The notes under the pieces were generated by a model that had not been told where the DNA came from, ran no database searches, and saw only the letters and a program-made list of their open reading frames with translations. From a virus: a stretch of DNA of 64,000 nucleotides. Below are positions 55,778 through 64,000 of this stretch, piece after piece. A program made the position numbers and the translations under genes. The stretch lies in IMG/VR virus record IMGVR_UViG_3300041405_000225, positions 1-64,000 of that record. One strand, written 5' to 3'. The stretch's first letter is position 1; the number at the start of each line of letters is the position of its first letter.

Positions 55778-56941
55778 TCAGGATCGGGCAAAGAAACGCT
55801 TGATGTCTGGCCGGTCCAGCGCCGTCAGTGTGGCCATGCTCACTTGCACAGTCAGGGCAATGAAATTGCCTCGGTTATCCTTGGGGCCAGTCAGCGGATA
55901 ACTGATCGACTCCACCACCATGGGCGCATACGTTTGTGCCGCGTAGGTCAGCCCGATCAGCTTTGGCGTCAGCGACGGGAAAAGTGCCTTGATAAAGCTG
56001 TCCAAGTCGCGCGTGGTTTGCAGTACCTCGGACAAAATCCCTTCTTCCGCCAGTTCCTGCGGGAATACCCATTCCAGCAGGCGCTGTAACGGCGCCATCA
56101 CTTCCTTTGCTGCGTCCGTAGTTGCCCTGAACTCAACACTGAAATTGATGCGCACCGGCGGCATGCCGCTGAACACCTGGCGCGAATTGAGCTTTGTCAT
56201 CCCGGTGCGGCCTTCCAGCTCGTGCACCGCCTTCTTGAGCTTGTCGGCGCCGGTGTCGAGCATGGCGCCGATCTTGCCGTTCGGGTCAGGGTTGACTGCC
56301 TGCAACGCATTGAGCACCGGCACCAGCGATCCGCTTTGAATCATTGCTGTCAGCGCTGGCGCCTTGGTTTCAGGCCCCATGTTTTCGAAGGGGCTTTGCC
56401 AGTTGAAGGTCGCTTCAAACGAGCCCTCTTCCATCGCACCATAGACGCCTTCGTATTCCTGGATGTCCGCCACGCCTTTGGAGTCGCACACGAACATGCG
56501 CGCCATCAGCAGCGGCGACAGGCTCCCCCAATCGCTGCCAAGGTCATTACTGGACACCTTCAGGCCCAGCAACGAATCGGCGACACCGCCCAACCCGGAG
56601 GCGGCGGTGTCACCATCAAGAAATTCAGAAACACTGCCGCTGATTTTCTCGCCGACTTCGGAAAAGGTGGTTTCACCGTTCCAAAGCGCCGAGACGGTAC
56701 CGGTCACCTTTTCCGCGCCACCTTTGAGCAGGTTCAGGTTTTCTTTACCGCCAACGAACCCGGCAAGCGTGTTTTCCGCTTGTCGGGCAACACCGCCGAT
56801 AACCCCCTCTCCCACCCGACCGACAGTAGTGGCGGCTGACCCTAGCAGTTTGTTCGACGTGCTGCCGGCCAGGGTGCCGGTCACACCCTTGAGGGAGCTG
56901 GAAACCAGCGCCCCGGCCTTGTCAAAGCTAAAGTCAGCCAT
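55778..56941 (-). CDS. Baseplate/tail tube-associated protein (P1 BplB-like)
   Basis: WQSPFEN, QVFSGMPP, PMVVESIS.P; follows sheath operon. Confidence 0.6.
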   Translation of the reverse strand: MADFSFDKAGALVSSSLKGVTGTLAGSTSNKLLGSAATTVGRVGEGVIGGVARQAENTLAGFVGGKENLNLLKGGAEKVTGTVSALWNGETTFSEVGEKISGSVSEFLDGDTAASGLGGVADSLLGLKVSSNDLGSDWGSLSPLLMARMFVCDSKGVADIQEYEGVYGAMEEGSFEATFNWQSPFENMGPETKAPALTAMIQSGSLVPVLNALQAVNPDPNGKIGAMLDTGADKLKKAVHELEGRTGMTKLNSRQVFSGMPPVRINFSVEFRATTDAAKEVMAPLQRLLEWVFPQELAEEGILSEVLQTTRDLDSFIKALFPSLTPKLIGLTYAAQTYAPMVVESISYPLTGPKDNRGNFIALTVQVSMATLTALDRPDIKRFFARS

Positions 56942-56944
56942 GGG

Positions 56945-57664
56945 TTACAGGCTCATTTTCTTGCGCAGGCGCATGGACTTCGCACGCTTGATCTTCGCGG
57001 TACCGCTGAAGGCCTTGCGCTGCATCTTGCGAACCGCCGACTTCTGCGCCGCGGTCAAACGCACGGTGCCGGAAATGCGCTTGTTGATGCGCACCTTCTT
57101 GCCACCACGCACCACGATCTTCTTGCGATAGGTCGCATCGAGCATGGTGGCATCGTCTTCACCGTCCACAAAACGGCCAGCATCGTCCATCATGGCGTCT
57201 TCGCCATCAGGGAGTTTGTCCAGCAGCGCTTCGTGCACACGCTCAGCCACGTCGTTGTCGAACTTGCCATCGTTAAATAGCGCATCCAGATCGTCGTCAG
57301 GAATGCCCTTGTCCGACAGGTAGTCGCCAACCACCTCGGCAACCATGCCGGCGTATTCCACTTCGTCTTCGGTCAGGTCGTTATCGCTGTGCGCGGCGGT
57401 ACCGACGATCAGCGCCAGCAGACGATCACCATAGCCTTCGTCGTCGCCCAGGTCTTCGGTCTGCGCCCACTCGGCGATCACGCGGGTGGCATCCAGGCGC
57501 ATGTCTTCGGTAAAGACAATTTTCGGCACTGCGTCGTTGTTGTTCTCGTTGGCGTTGTCGAGCATGTTCCCCTTGTTGTCCGGGGCATTGTTGCCTTCAT
57601 TGGCCTTTTGAACTGCCGTCGCAACGGCATTCGAGTTTTTCAGAACGTCTCTCAGCATATTCAT
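56945..57664 (-). CDS. Prohead core/scaffold-like protein (acidic body, very basic C-terminus)
   Basis: MLD motifs; YRKKIVVRGGKKVRINKR...RKK tail. Confidence 0.55.
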   Translation of the reverse strand: MNMLRDVLKNSNAVATAVQKANEGNNAPDNKGNMLDNANENNNDAVPKIVFTEDMRLDATRVIAEWAQTEDLGDDEGYGDRLLALIVGTAAHSDNDLTEDEVEYAGMVAEVVGDYLSDKGIPDDDLDALFNDGKFDNDVAERVHEALLDKLPDGEDAMMDDAGRFVDGEDDATMLDATYRKKIVVRGGKKVRINKRISGTVRLTAAQKSAVRKMQRKAFSGTAKIKRAKSMRLRKKMSL

Positions 57665-57676
57665 GTACGTGTCCCC

Positions 57677-59323
57677 TTAGCTCTGACGGACGATTGTTTG
57701 TTGCGCGCGGGTGATGCGGTTCGTACCGTCGTAGCAGACGTCAAAAAGCACCATCATTTCGTCGTAAGGCGCAGCCTCGTTACGCTTGACTTCGAACTGC
57801 CAGCCCGCGCCATCCAGCTCAGCGGTACCGTTTAGCCACTTGGCGGACTCAACTGCCGGCAACAGCGTGCCCAAGAAACGGCTCATCATCGTGATCGAGT
57901 CGTTCATTGGTTTTTGCAGGGTTTCCTGGCCGTAGGCCGCTACCTTGTCATCCAGGAAGGTCGCCATTTCAGCAACGGCGATCAGCTTGGTAGCACCCGT
58001 GGTTTGCGCGCCGGTCAGCGAGTCAACCCAGGCGTATTTCGCACCGCTCGGGTAGTCCTTGAAGATGCACGGGTTAATCTGGTTTTCCGCCAGCAGCTCC
58101 AGTTCATCATCCGACGGCTCGTGCGTTTGGGTGATACCGGTACCGGCCAGACCGTAATCGCTACCAGCGATCACACGGTTGCGCGGCGCAATGCCTTTGG
58201 CGTTCACCTGAGCATTACGCGCGCAGCGCAATCCGATTTGCTGGCCAGACGTACCAAAAAACGCCTTGCCGCCGGCAATCGGGTTCGCTCGTTTAAGCGG
58301 AGCCCAATAGGCCTGCCCGTACAGTTCTTTTACGCTGGCGCCGATCGACTGCACGAACGCCGCCGCCGCTTCTGGCGAAAACCGGCCCGGCACGTCGAAC
58401 GGGAACTGTTTGTTGATCTCTTTGCCCAGGTCCGCCATCAGCGACAGCAGCGCCACGTTTTCCGAACCGCCGGCATTCAGGTAGGTGAAGTTCGGGCGAG
58501 AACGGCGCAGGCGATCAACCGCCGATTCCATTTCCGCCGCGGTGTAAACGGTACGACCTTCGGTGAAGTAATTCAGCAGCGCCGAAGAAAACTTGGCCTT
58601 GCCGTTGGACTTGCCGTAGAAGCCACAAGTGACCGGTACAGAAGCGCCGGAGGCGACCTCGATCACGTCCAGGTCATCGGTGCCTTTGTCGATCACGTCA
58701 CCGATGTAGCTGCTGTTACCGAACTCATCTTTCGCCTGTGGATCCAGGGAGCCGGTAAACGGGCCGATGATCACTTTGGCGCTGGCCGGGTCCACAAACT
58801 GCACGGTGATGATTTTCGACGGCGCAGCCGCGCCCTGAGCGTCCTCAGCCGCCTCGGCGTTGATTTCGCAGGTTAAGCCATCATTGAAGCAATCCAGGTG
58901 CTTGAACGCGATCAGGGCGCCTTCAGGCAGGTCTTCGCTTTCGAGGCCAACGCTCCAGACAGCAGGCGCAGCACCGCCACCTTCCGGCGGTACCGTTGCA
59001 GTCGCGATCAGCAGTTTGTTTACTGCGTCAGTCGCGATCATGCGGGACACGATGGCCTGTTGCGTGCCATAGCGCAGCGCTTCATAAACCTGAATCTGTG
59101 CCTCGCCCAAGGCGGAAACACTCAGGCTTACAGCCGAGCCCAGTTTGCGCTCCAGCTTTTCGCGGGTTACCGGGAAAACTTTGTCGATACGCCCTCGGGT
59201 GAAGCGGCCAATAAAACCGCCGTTGTAGTCGGAGGCAACGGAACCGATCTCGGAATTATCCGCGATGAAGTTCTGCTGGACGCCGGAGCGCTTGTTGATG
59301 GCGCGAGACATTTGAACAGTCAT
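57677..59323 (-). CDS. Tail sheath protein
   Basis: GFIGRFTRGRIDK, ELELLAENQINP, WVDSLT; 548 aa. Confidence 0.85.
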   Translation of the reverse strand: MTVQMSRAINKRSGVQQNFIADNSEIGSVASDYNGGFIGRFTRGRIDKVFPVTREKLERKLGSAVSLSVSALGEAQIQVYEALRYGTQQAIVSRMIATDAVNKLLIATATVPPEGGGAAPAVWSVGLESEDLPEGALIAFKHLDCFNDGLTCEINAEAAEDAQGAAAPSKIITVQFVDPASAKVIIGPFTGSLDPQAKDEFGNSSYIGDVIDKGTDDLDVIEVASGASVPVTCGFYGKSNGKAKFSSALLNYFTEGRTVYTAAEMESAVDRLRRSRPNFTYLNAGGSENVALLSLMADLGKEINKQFPFDVPGRFSPEAAAAFVQSIGASVKELYGQAYWAPLKRANPIAGGKAFFGTSGQQIGLRCARNAQVNAKGIAPRNRVIAGSDYGLAGTGITQTHEPSDDELELLAENQINPCIFKDYPSGAKYAWVDSLTGAQTTGATKLIAVAEMATFLDDKVAAYGQETLQKPMNDSITMMSRFLGTLLPAVESAKWLNGTAELDGAGWQFEVKRNEAAPYDEMMVLFDVCYDGTNRITRAQQTIVRQS

Positions 59324-59334
59324 GTGCAGCCCCC

Positions 59335-59733
59335 TTATTCGCTCGCGGCGTCAGCAGCAGCCTTGCCGCCTTTGCCGGTGGGTTTGGTTTCAACGACTTT
59401 CGGTGCCTCTTCCGGCACTTCGGCCGCTGGCTCTTCCTTCGCGACGTCAGGGACTTCGAAAACTACAAAGTCTTCATCATCGCTGCTGTAGCGCTTGGCC
59501 AGGGCCGCACTGTCGGTCACGAGAACCCACGCCTGTTCAAAGTTTTTGACCTTGAACTGCGTTTCCACGCCTGGCGCGATCACTTCATTGATACCCGTCG
59601 ACGGCACCAGCAACGGCTTAGCCGCCTTGTGGGTGATCGTCGCCATGAAAGGGAACTTGCGCCCTTCGCAGATGGCTTTTGCCAACTCGCTCGGCTCGTC
59701 CCCCGCCCCTTGCTTAACCTTGATCTTCGCCAT
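59335..59733 (-). CDS. Hypothetical virion-associated protein
   Basis: Late operon between capsid and sheath. Confidence 0.6.
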   Translation of the reverse strand: MAKIKVKQGAGDEPSELAKAICEGRKFPFMATITHKAAKPLLVPSTGINEVIAPGVETQFKVKNFEQAWVLVTDSAALAKRYSSDDEDFVVFEVPDVAKEEPAAEVPEEAPKVVETKPTGKGGKAAADAASE

Positions 59734-60337
59734 GCTTCACCTGTAAGCCCTTGTCTGAATTCCAGCCCTCGCGCACCGCACGCCCGGCGTATTCACGCTG
59801 AATCGCGCTGTACTTCTCGGCTGTCGGGCAGATCACCGTCTTGCTGCTGAACTGAGGCAGATGCACGTTCAACTGCCGCACCACTACCCGGTTGCGCGTG
59901 TTGTTCGTAAGCGTCAGCTCGGCAGGAAATTCGGCAATGTCCGGCAGTCCCCACGACGTAGACTGTAAGGGCTCTTCAGACCCCGTTTCGGCGGTGGTTT
60001 GCTCCAGTTCTGCGCCGTCTGGCTCAAGCTCTTCCAAGCGAGGCGCCGGCTTCCAATCCAGCGGAAAACGCCCCATACCCGGGAAAAACTCTCGGCGTAC
60101 AAACACAGGCGCTGCCGGCTTATCCTGGCCGGACGGTGCATCGGCAGCCGGCTCAACGGGCGGAATAGACGTGACAGAAACATCACCAGCGGGTGCCTGA
60201 TCAACCGGCAAAGAAACGGGCGCCGTAGCGCCCCCCTCTTTCTGGTTGTTGGCATCACTGGCTTTAGCAGCCGCCTTGCGAGGTGTAGCCGGCTTGGTGC
60301 CCGGTTTCTCGGTGGCGGGTTTATTTGCCTTAGCCAT
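59714..60337 (-). CDS. Hypothetical virion-associated protein
   Basis: Pro/Ala-rich N-terminus; FP..LTLTN domain resembling next gene. Confidence 0.6.
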   Translation of the reverse strand: MAKANKPATEKPGTKPATPRKAAAKASDANNQKEGGATAPVSLPVDQAPAGDVSVTSIPPVEPAADAPSGQDKPAAPVFVRREFFPGMGRFPLDWKPAPRLEELEPDGAELEQTTAETGSEEPLQSTSWGLPDIAEFPAELTLTNNTRNRVVVRQLNVHLPQFSSKTVICPTAEKYSAIQREYAGRAVREGWNSDKGLQVKHGEDQG

Positions 60338-60350
60338 ATCAGCCCCCTTA

Positions 60351-62039
60351 TCAGTCTTCCAGCAGGTCGACGTTCTGAACGGTGATTAATGCGCAGCCCA
60401 TTGCAGAAGGCTGGTGCGGGTTGATCTCGGTCAGGTTGCGGCCATACAGCGCAGTGCCTTGCTTGAGGTCCGACAAGATGCCCAGCGGGATCAACGTCGG
60501 CGGCACGGCGTCGGAGGTGACCACAGGGTTACGAGCAACCTGCGAGGCGCGACCGATCGCCAACATCTGGATTTCGGTAGCCGTCTCGTCGACGTGACGC
60601 GGGGTGTAGTAGACATCCACTTGGTTCTTGTAGCGGCCCACGCGGAAGATGCCCGGACGCGCCGACACACCCGACGGGACGAAATCGTCACTGCCCATGG
60701 TGCGGAAGTTGGAAGCACCCTTGGCGCCGACAAAGATCATGGAAATACCGAATTCCATGGTGTTGTTGGCTACCAGTTGATCCACTTCGCCCAGGAAGGC
60801 AGCGAAGTCGCGCCAGCGCTGTGCACGGGACTTTTGCAGCAGCTGGTTAGCGGCGTCGAAGTTGAAAATTCGGCTGGTGTTGATCGCCACTTCCTTGACC
60901 TTGGCCAAGGCCAGGTAGAAACGCTCGTTCGACCACTGACGACGTGCCGAGTTGACGGCGACGGTCAGGAAGTCTGCACCCAGTTCGTTCTGTGCCTGAC
61001 TACGCGCACCTGGTGCAACTTGCATCAGGGTGCGCTGCTCGGCGCAGAACAGGCTGAAGCTCTCGGCCTTGACCTTGACCGCAGGTGTCAAAGCAGGGTT
61101 GGCTTCGTAGTCGATGAAACCCACGACTTTCGGCACAACACCCGCCGGCAGAGCCGGGTTGAATGTCAGGCTACCGCTGCCGTTTGCAGGCGTAACCGAA
61201 CCACCAATGGCGTAGTCCGAACCTGCGATATTGATGGTACCGGCGATCTGGCGAGCGGCAGTGGTTTGGTTCGGGTTGACTTCAGCCGCCACCTTGAAAC
61301 CCGCGACCTTGACATAGGTTCGGGTAGGCAGCACAGGCACGGCGGCGCCAGCGCCACCAATGTCAGCTTTGAATGCAAAGGTTGCAGTCAAGCGGTCGCC
61401 CGCCATAGCTGCAACCACAGTGCGCTCCGGCATGGTGTACGCCTGGCCACCGTTCACGCCGTCCAGGATATCGCCGTCTTTGTACGCACCGAAGGCAGTG
61501 CCGGCAGTGCTGTTGACGATCGCCAGTTTCGATTCGTTCGACGACAGGTCCGAAGGCAAAGCCGCCGCGAACGGGATGGCTTCAGCAAGGCCGCCGACGA
61601 TGGCCACCGCGATACGGTTAGGTTGGTGAGACAGTGGTGTCGATTGCAGGGAGCTGGATACGCTGTCGAGCGTCACGCCGTCAGGCAAAACGAGTTGCGA
61701 ACGACCATCAGCGACCGACATGCCTTGAAAGATTGCAGCATCAATCATGTCTGCGGATGGCGCGAAGCCGTGCGAATGCTGGAAGCGAGCAATACCGTCG
61801 AGCATTGCGGCCAGGATCGTCGGGCGAGATTTCTCGTCGACCATGGACATCAGCGGGACCATGCGCGCCGGAAGCATGTCATCCGGGTTTTTCAGCGCCT
61901 CGGTAATCGCCGCGACAGACGATTGAGAGGTGCTGTCGAGCATGTTGCCACTGCCATGGCTGAGACGCACCAGCTCGCTGACTTTGGCATCATCCGACTC
62001 CAGCGTGGTGTCGGGCGCGTATTCATACTGTTGCGGCAT
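60351..62039 (-). CDS. Major capsid protein precursor (P1 gp23-like)
   Basis: 562 aa, GAGGTAGG RBS, late promoter, N-terminal region with MLD motifs. Confidence 0.85.
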   Translation of the reverse strand: MPQQYEYAPDTTLESDDAKVSELVRLSHGSGNMLDSTSQSSVAAITEALKNPDDMLPARMVPLMSMVDEKSRPTILAAMLDGIARFQHSHGFAPSADMIDAAIFQGMSVADGRSQLVLPDGVTLDSVSSSLQSTPLSHQPNRIAVAIVGGLAEAIPFAAALPSDLSSNESKLAIVNSTAGTAFGAYKDGDILDGVNGGQAYTMPERTVVAAMAGDRLTATFAFKADIGGAGAAVPVLPTRTYVKVAGFKVAAEVNPNQTTAARQIAGTINIAGSDYAIGGSVTPANGSGSLTFNPALPAGVVPKVVGFIDYEANPALTPAVKVKAESFSLFCAEQRTLMQVAPGARSQAQNELGADFLTVAVNSARRQWSNERFYLALAKVKEVAINTSRIFNFDAANQLLQKSRAQRWRDFAAFLGEVDQLVANNTMEFGISMIFVGAKGASNFRTMGSDDFVPSGVSARPGIFRVGRYKNQVDVYYTPRHVDETATEIQMLAIGRASQVARNPVVTSDAVPPTLIPLGILSDLKQGTALYGRNLTEINPHQPSAMGCALITVQNVDLLED

Positions 62040-62091
62040 AATTCCTACCTCGTTGCGTGTTTTGGGCTGCGCCCGATCCGTTACAGCAACA

Positions 62092-62133
62092 ATTCTGAGG
62101 TCGAAAAAAACCCCCAACTGGTGGGGGTTTGCA
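62092..62133 (-). promoter_or_regulatory. Late promoter (TGCAAAC-N29-CAGAAT) with terminator hairpin in its spacer
   Basis: Motif family member; CCCCCA-N4-TGGGGG plus T7. Confidence 0.7.
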
Positions 62134-62156
62134 TGGTTTTCGCGCCAGCTGGAAAA

Positions 62157-64000
62157 CTACTTATGCAGCACAATCATCCGGGCACTGACTGAGGTTTGCG
62201 CCAAAAGCGCGTTGTCTTGGAACGTGCCGCCGGCCAGTTTTTCGACTTCGGCGTTGTGGGAGTCCAGCCAGGCCCGGAACTGCACGGCCTTCTGGTCGGT
62301 ACCGAAAAACACACCCTCCCCCGCGATCGCCACCAGCGTCCCGCCGCCGGCCAGCATGCCGTAGGCGCGCATGATGTGTTCGGCGTCCTGGCGCTTGGAA
62401 AACGGTGGGTTCATCAGGATGGCGTCATACTTCTCATCCGGCGTGAAGGTGTTGAAGTCATGGGCGACGACGTTGTACCCCTTGAGCGTCAAGATGTCGC
62501 GCAGCTGACTGCTGATCTCGATCACGTCCACTTCCCCGCCTTCAGCTGCTGCCGCATCGGCAAGATTGCCATTGCCGGCACTTGGCTCCAGCACTCGCTT
62601 GCCCTTGCTGATCCTGGCCTTGCGCGCCATGCGTTGCGCCTCGGCGGCTGGCGTTGGGAAAAAGTCGATTCCCACCTTCTGGCCGATAATGGCGCGCTCA
62701 GCTTTGACCACTGCGCTTTCTTCCTGCTTGGCGGCCATGTGCGGCAGCAATGCCCGGCAAGCGTCCTGCAACTGCGCGTCGTTGGTAATGCCCATGCGCT
62801 TGAGACGTTCGACCCGGGCCAGCATTTCCATCGGGTCTTTCAAGTCCCAAGTGTCTTTGATCGTGCCAAGTACCTGGTAGGCCTTGCGAGTGATGGCGAT
62901 ATCGCCGTCATTGGTCAGTGGCCAGCGCTCAGTGCGATCGCCCATCTTGTTAAGCGCAGCGATCAGCTTGGAGTTGCCCGTGGCCGCCTTCTTGGCCAGC
63001 GTCATCGCCGCGCTCTTAAACCGACTGGACCAGACCAATCGACTCGGCATGCTGACGTGCCGCAATGCGTCTTCGCCCACTGGATTGCCGCGCCGCTCCA
63101 GCTGTTCGCTGTAGGTAAGCCCCCGCTCGGAATCAAACTTGGCACGACTCAGTGCGCTTTTCAGCTCTTGCAGCTGCGCCCGGCTGGTCAGGTTGGCCAG
63201 CGGCCCGGCGGCGCCGACCTCGATCGAATCAGCAATGTTGTTCAGGGTTCTGCCGTCGGCCTCATCAGCAGCTGATCGGGCGTAGGCACTGGCTGCCATC
63301 CCGGCACGGCGGTGCGTGTTGGTTTTGCGATCGGCATTCATCCCTTCGGTGCCGCTGGCAATTGCCTTGTTACCGGCTTCGCGCAGCTTCCCCACTTGGC
63401 TAGCGATGGCCTGCTGCTGGCGCTCCAACGCCGCACGGGTGTCGCGCTCCTGCTTTTCAGCCTCCTGCTCAGCGGTCAGCATCGTCGGTGCCGGAGCGGC
63501 CTGTATGGCGCTGGTATCCGCGTCCAGGTGCTTTTCGCGGATGAAGTAACCACCGTTCATGCGCCAAGTGTAGGGATCGATCGCTTTGGCTTCGGCCAGG
63601 GTCAGGTCCAGGCGGATGATCCCGCGCAGCACTTTGCCCTTCTTGGTGGTGTACTCAATGATTGAGTGGGTCTGTGCTGGCGGCGCAGGATCTTGATCGG
63701 CCTCGGTCGGCTCGATCTTTTCACCGGGCAGGATCCAGCGCCGGCCAGTGTTGTATTCACGGGCGTAGGCTCGGACCTTCGCGGGGCCTTCCTTGCCGTA
63801 GGCGAACACCATGGCGTCTTTTTTGGACTCATCGGCAATCATTAAGCCGTCTTGCAGCACCAGAAATTCGCGCCGGCTGCCGTAGACAGGAATTGCACCC
63901 ACTTCTGGCGGCTCAGCCAGCACACCCGGCTCAACCAACTGCGTGCCGGCACCCGTCGTGCTGGTGGTGCTCGATCCTTTCGGTAGCGTGGTGTTGGGCA
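62157..64000 (-). CDS. Large multidomain protein with C-terminal N6-adenine-type methyltransferase (5' end outside window)
   Basis: DFFPTP, VLEPSAGNG (motif I), ILMNPPF (motif IV); frame open to window end. Confidence 0.8.
   Translation of the reverse strand, partial: PNTTLPKGSSTTSTTGAGTQLVEPGVLAEPPEVGAIPVYGSRREFLVLQDGLMIADESKKDAMVFAYGKEGPAKVRAYAREYNTGRRWILPGEKIEPTEADQDPAPPAQTHSIIEYTTKKGKVLRGIIRLDLTLAEAKAIDPYTWRMNGGYFIREKHLDADTSAIQAAPAPTMLTAEQEAEKQERDTRAALERQQQAIASQVGKLREAGNKAIASGTEGMNADRKTNTHRRAGMAASAYARSAADEADGRTLNNIADSIEVGAAGPLANLTSRAQLQELKSALSRAKFDSERGLTYSEQLERRGNPVGEDALRHVSMPSRLVWSSRFKSAAMTLAKKAATGNSKLIAALNKMGDRTERWPLTNDGDIAITRKAYQVLGTIKDTWDLKDPMEMLARVERLKRMGITNDAQLQDACRALLPHMAAKQEESAVVKAERAIIGQKVGIDFFPTPAAEAQRMARKARISKGKRVLEPSAGNGNLADAAAAEGGEVDVIEISSQLRDILTLKGYNVVAHDFNTFTPDEKYDAILMNPPFSKRQDAEHIMRAYGMLAGGGTLVAIAGEGVFFGTDQKAVQFRAWLDSHNAEVEKLAGGTFQDNALLAQTSVSARMIVLHK

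Larger units (their letters stand above)
1..64000. mobile_element. Large temperate phage with P1-like virion genes; extends beyond both window ends
   Basis: Continuous phage gene content (head, tail, terminase, lysis, replication, integrase); no host housekeeping operons or att-host junction seen. Confidence 0.93.

Noticed and set aside
60414-62192. Long + strand ORFs (also 9853-11124, 15864-17297, 19129-20313, 22311-23525, 57914-58876, 62196-63275)
   Set aside because: Antisense shadows of high-GC - strand genes; no RBS or motifs
1-64000. tRNA, rRNA, CRISPR array or IS element
   Set aside because: No cloverleaf with T-loop consensus, regularly spaced repeat-spacer array or transposase found by eye

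Overview
The whole window is part of one large temperate phage (about 59% GC, Pseudomonas-like RdgC/YejK proteins). It has a P1-like (Punavirus-type) myovirus virion module: major capsid, sheath, tube, baseplate, tape measure, portal, prohead protease, PacA/PacB-type terminase, a DarA-like protein and Ref. It also carries a lambda-O-like replication initiator with internal iterons, a P4/IntA-type tyrosine integrase with phage genes on both sides, a five-gene GH19 lysis cassette, a HigBA-type TA pair and many small early genes. Nearly all genes are on the - strand. Reading the non-coding DNA reveals three families of repeated regulatory sites: an asymmetric operator GTMCGGGGATA, a late promoter NGCAAA(C/G)-N29-NANNNT, and an early promoter family carrying CATANAARCGCTATT. 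There are also two LexA boxes. The two most striking observations are (1) a ~590-nt densely base-paired putative ncRNA (3527-4114, - strand) behind a promoter carrying both a LexA box and the phage operator, and (2) two separate, apparently catalytically dead paralogs of the ATPase and nuclease halves of the terminase large subunit, lying between terS and terL. All protein calls come from motif recognition and synteny, not database searches.
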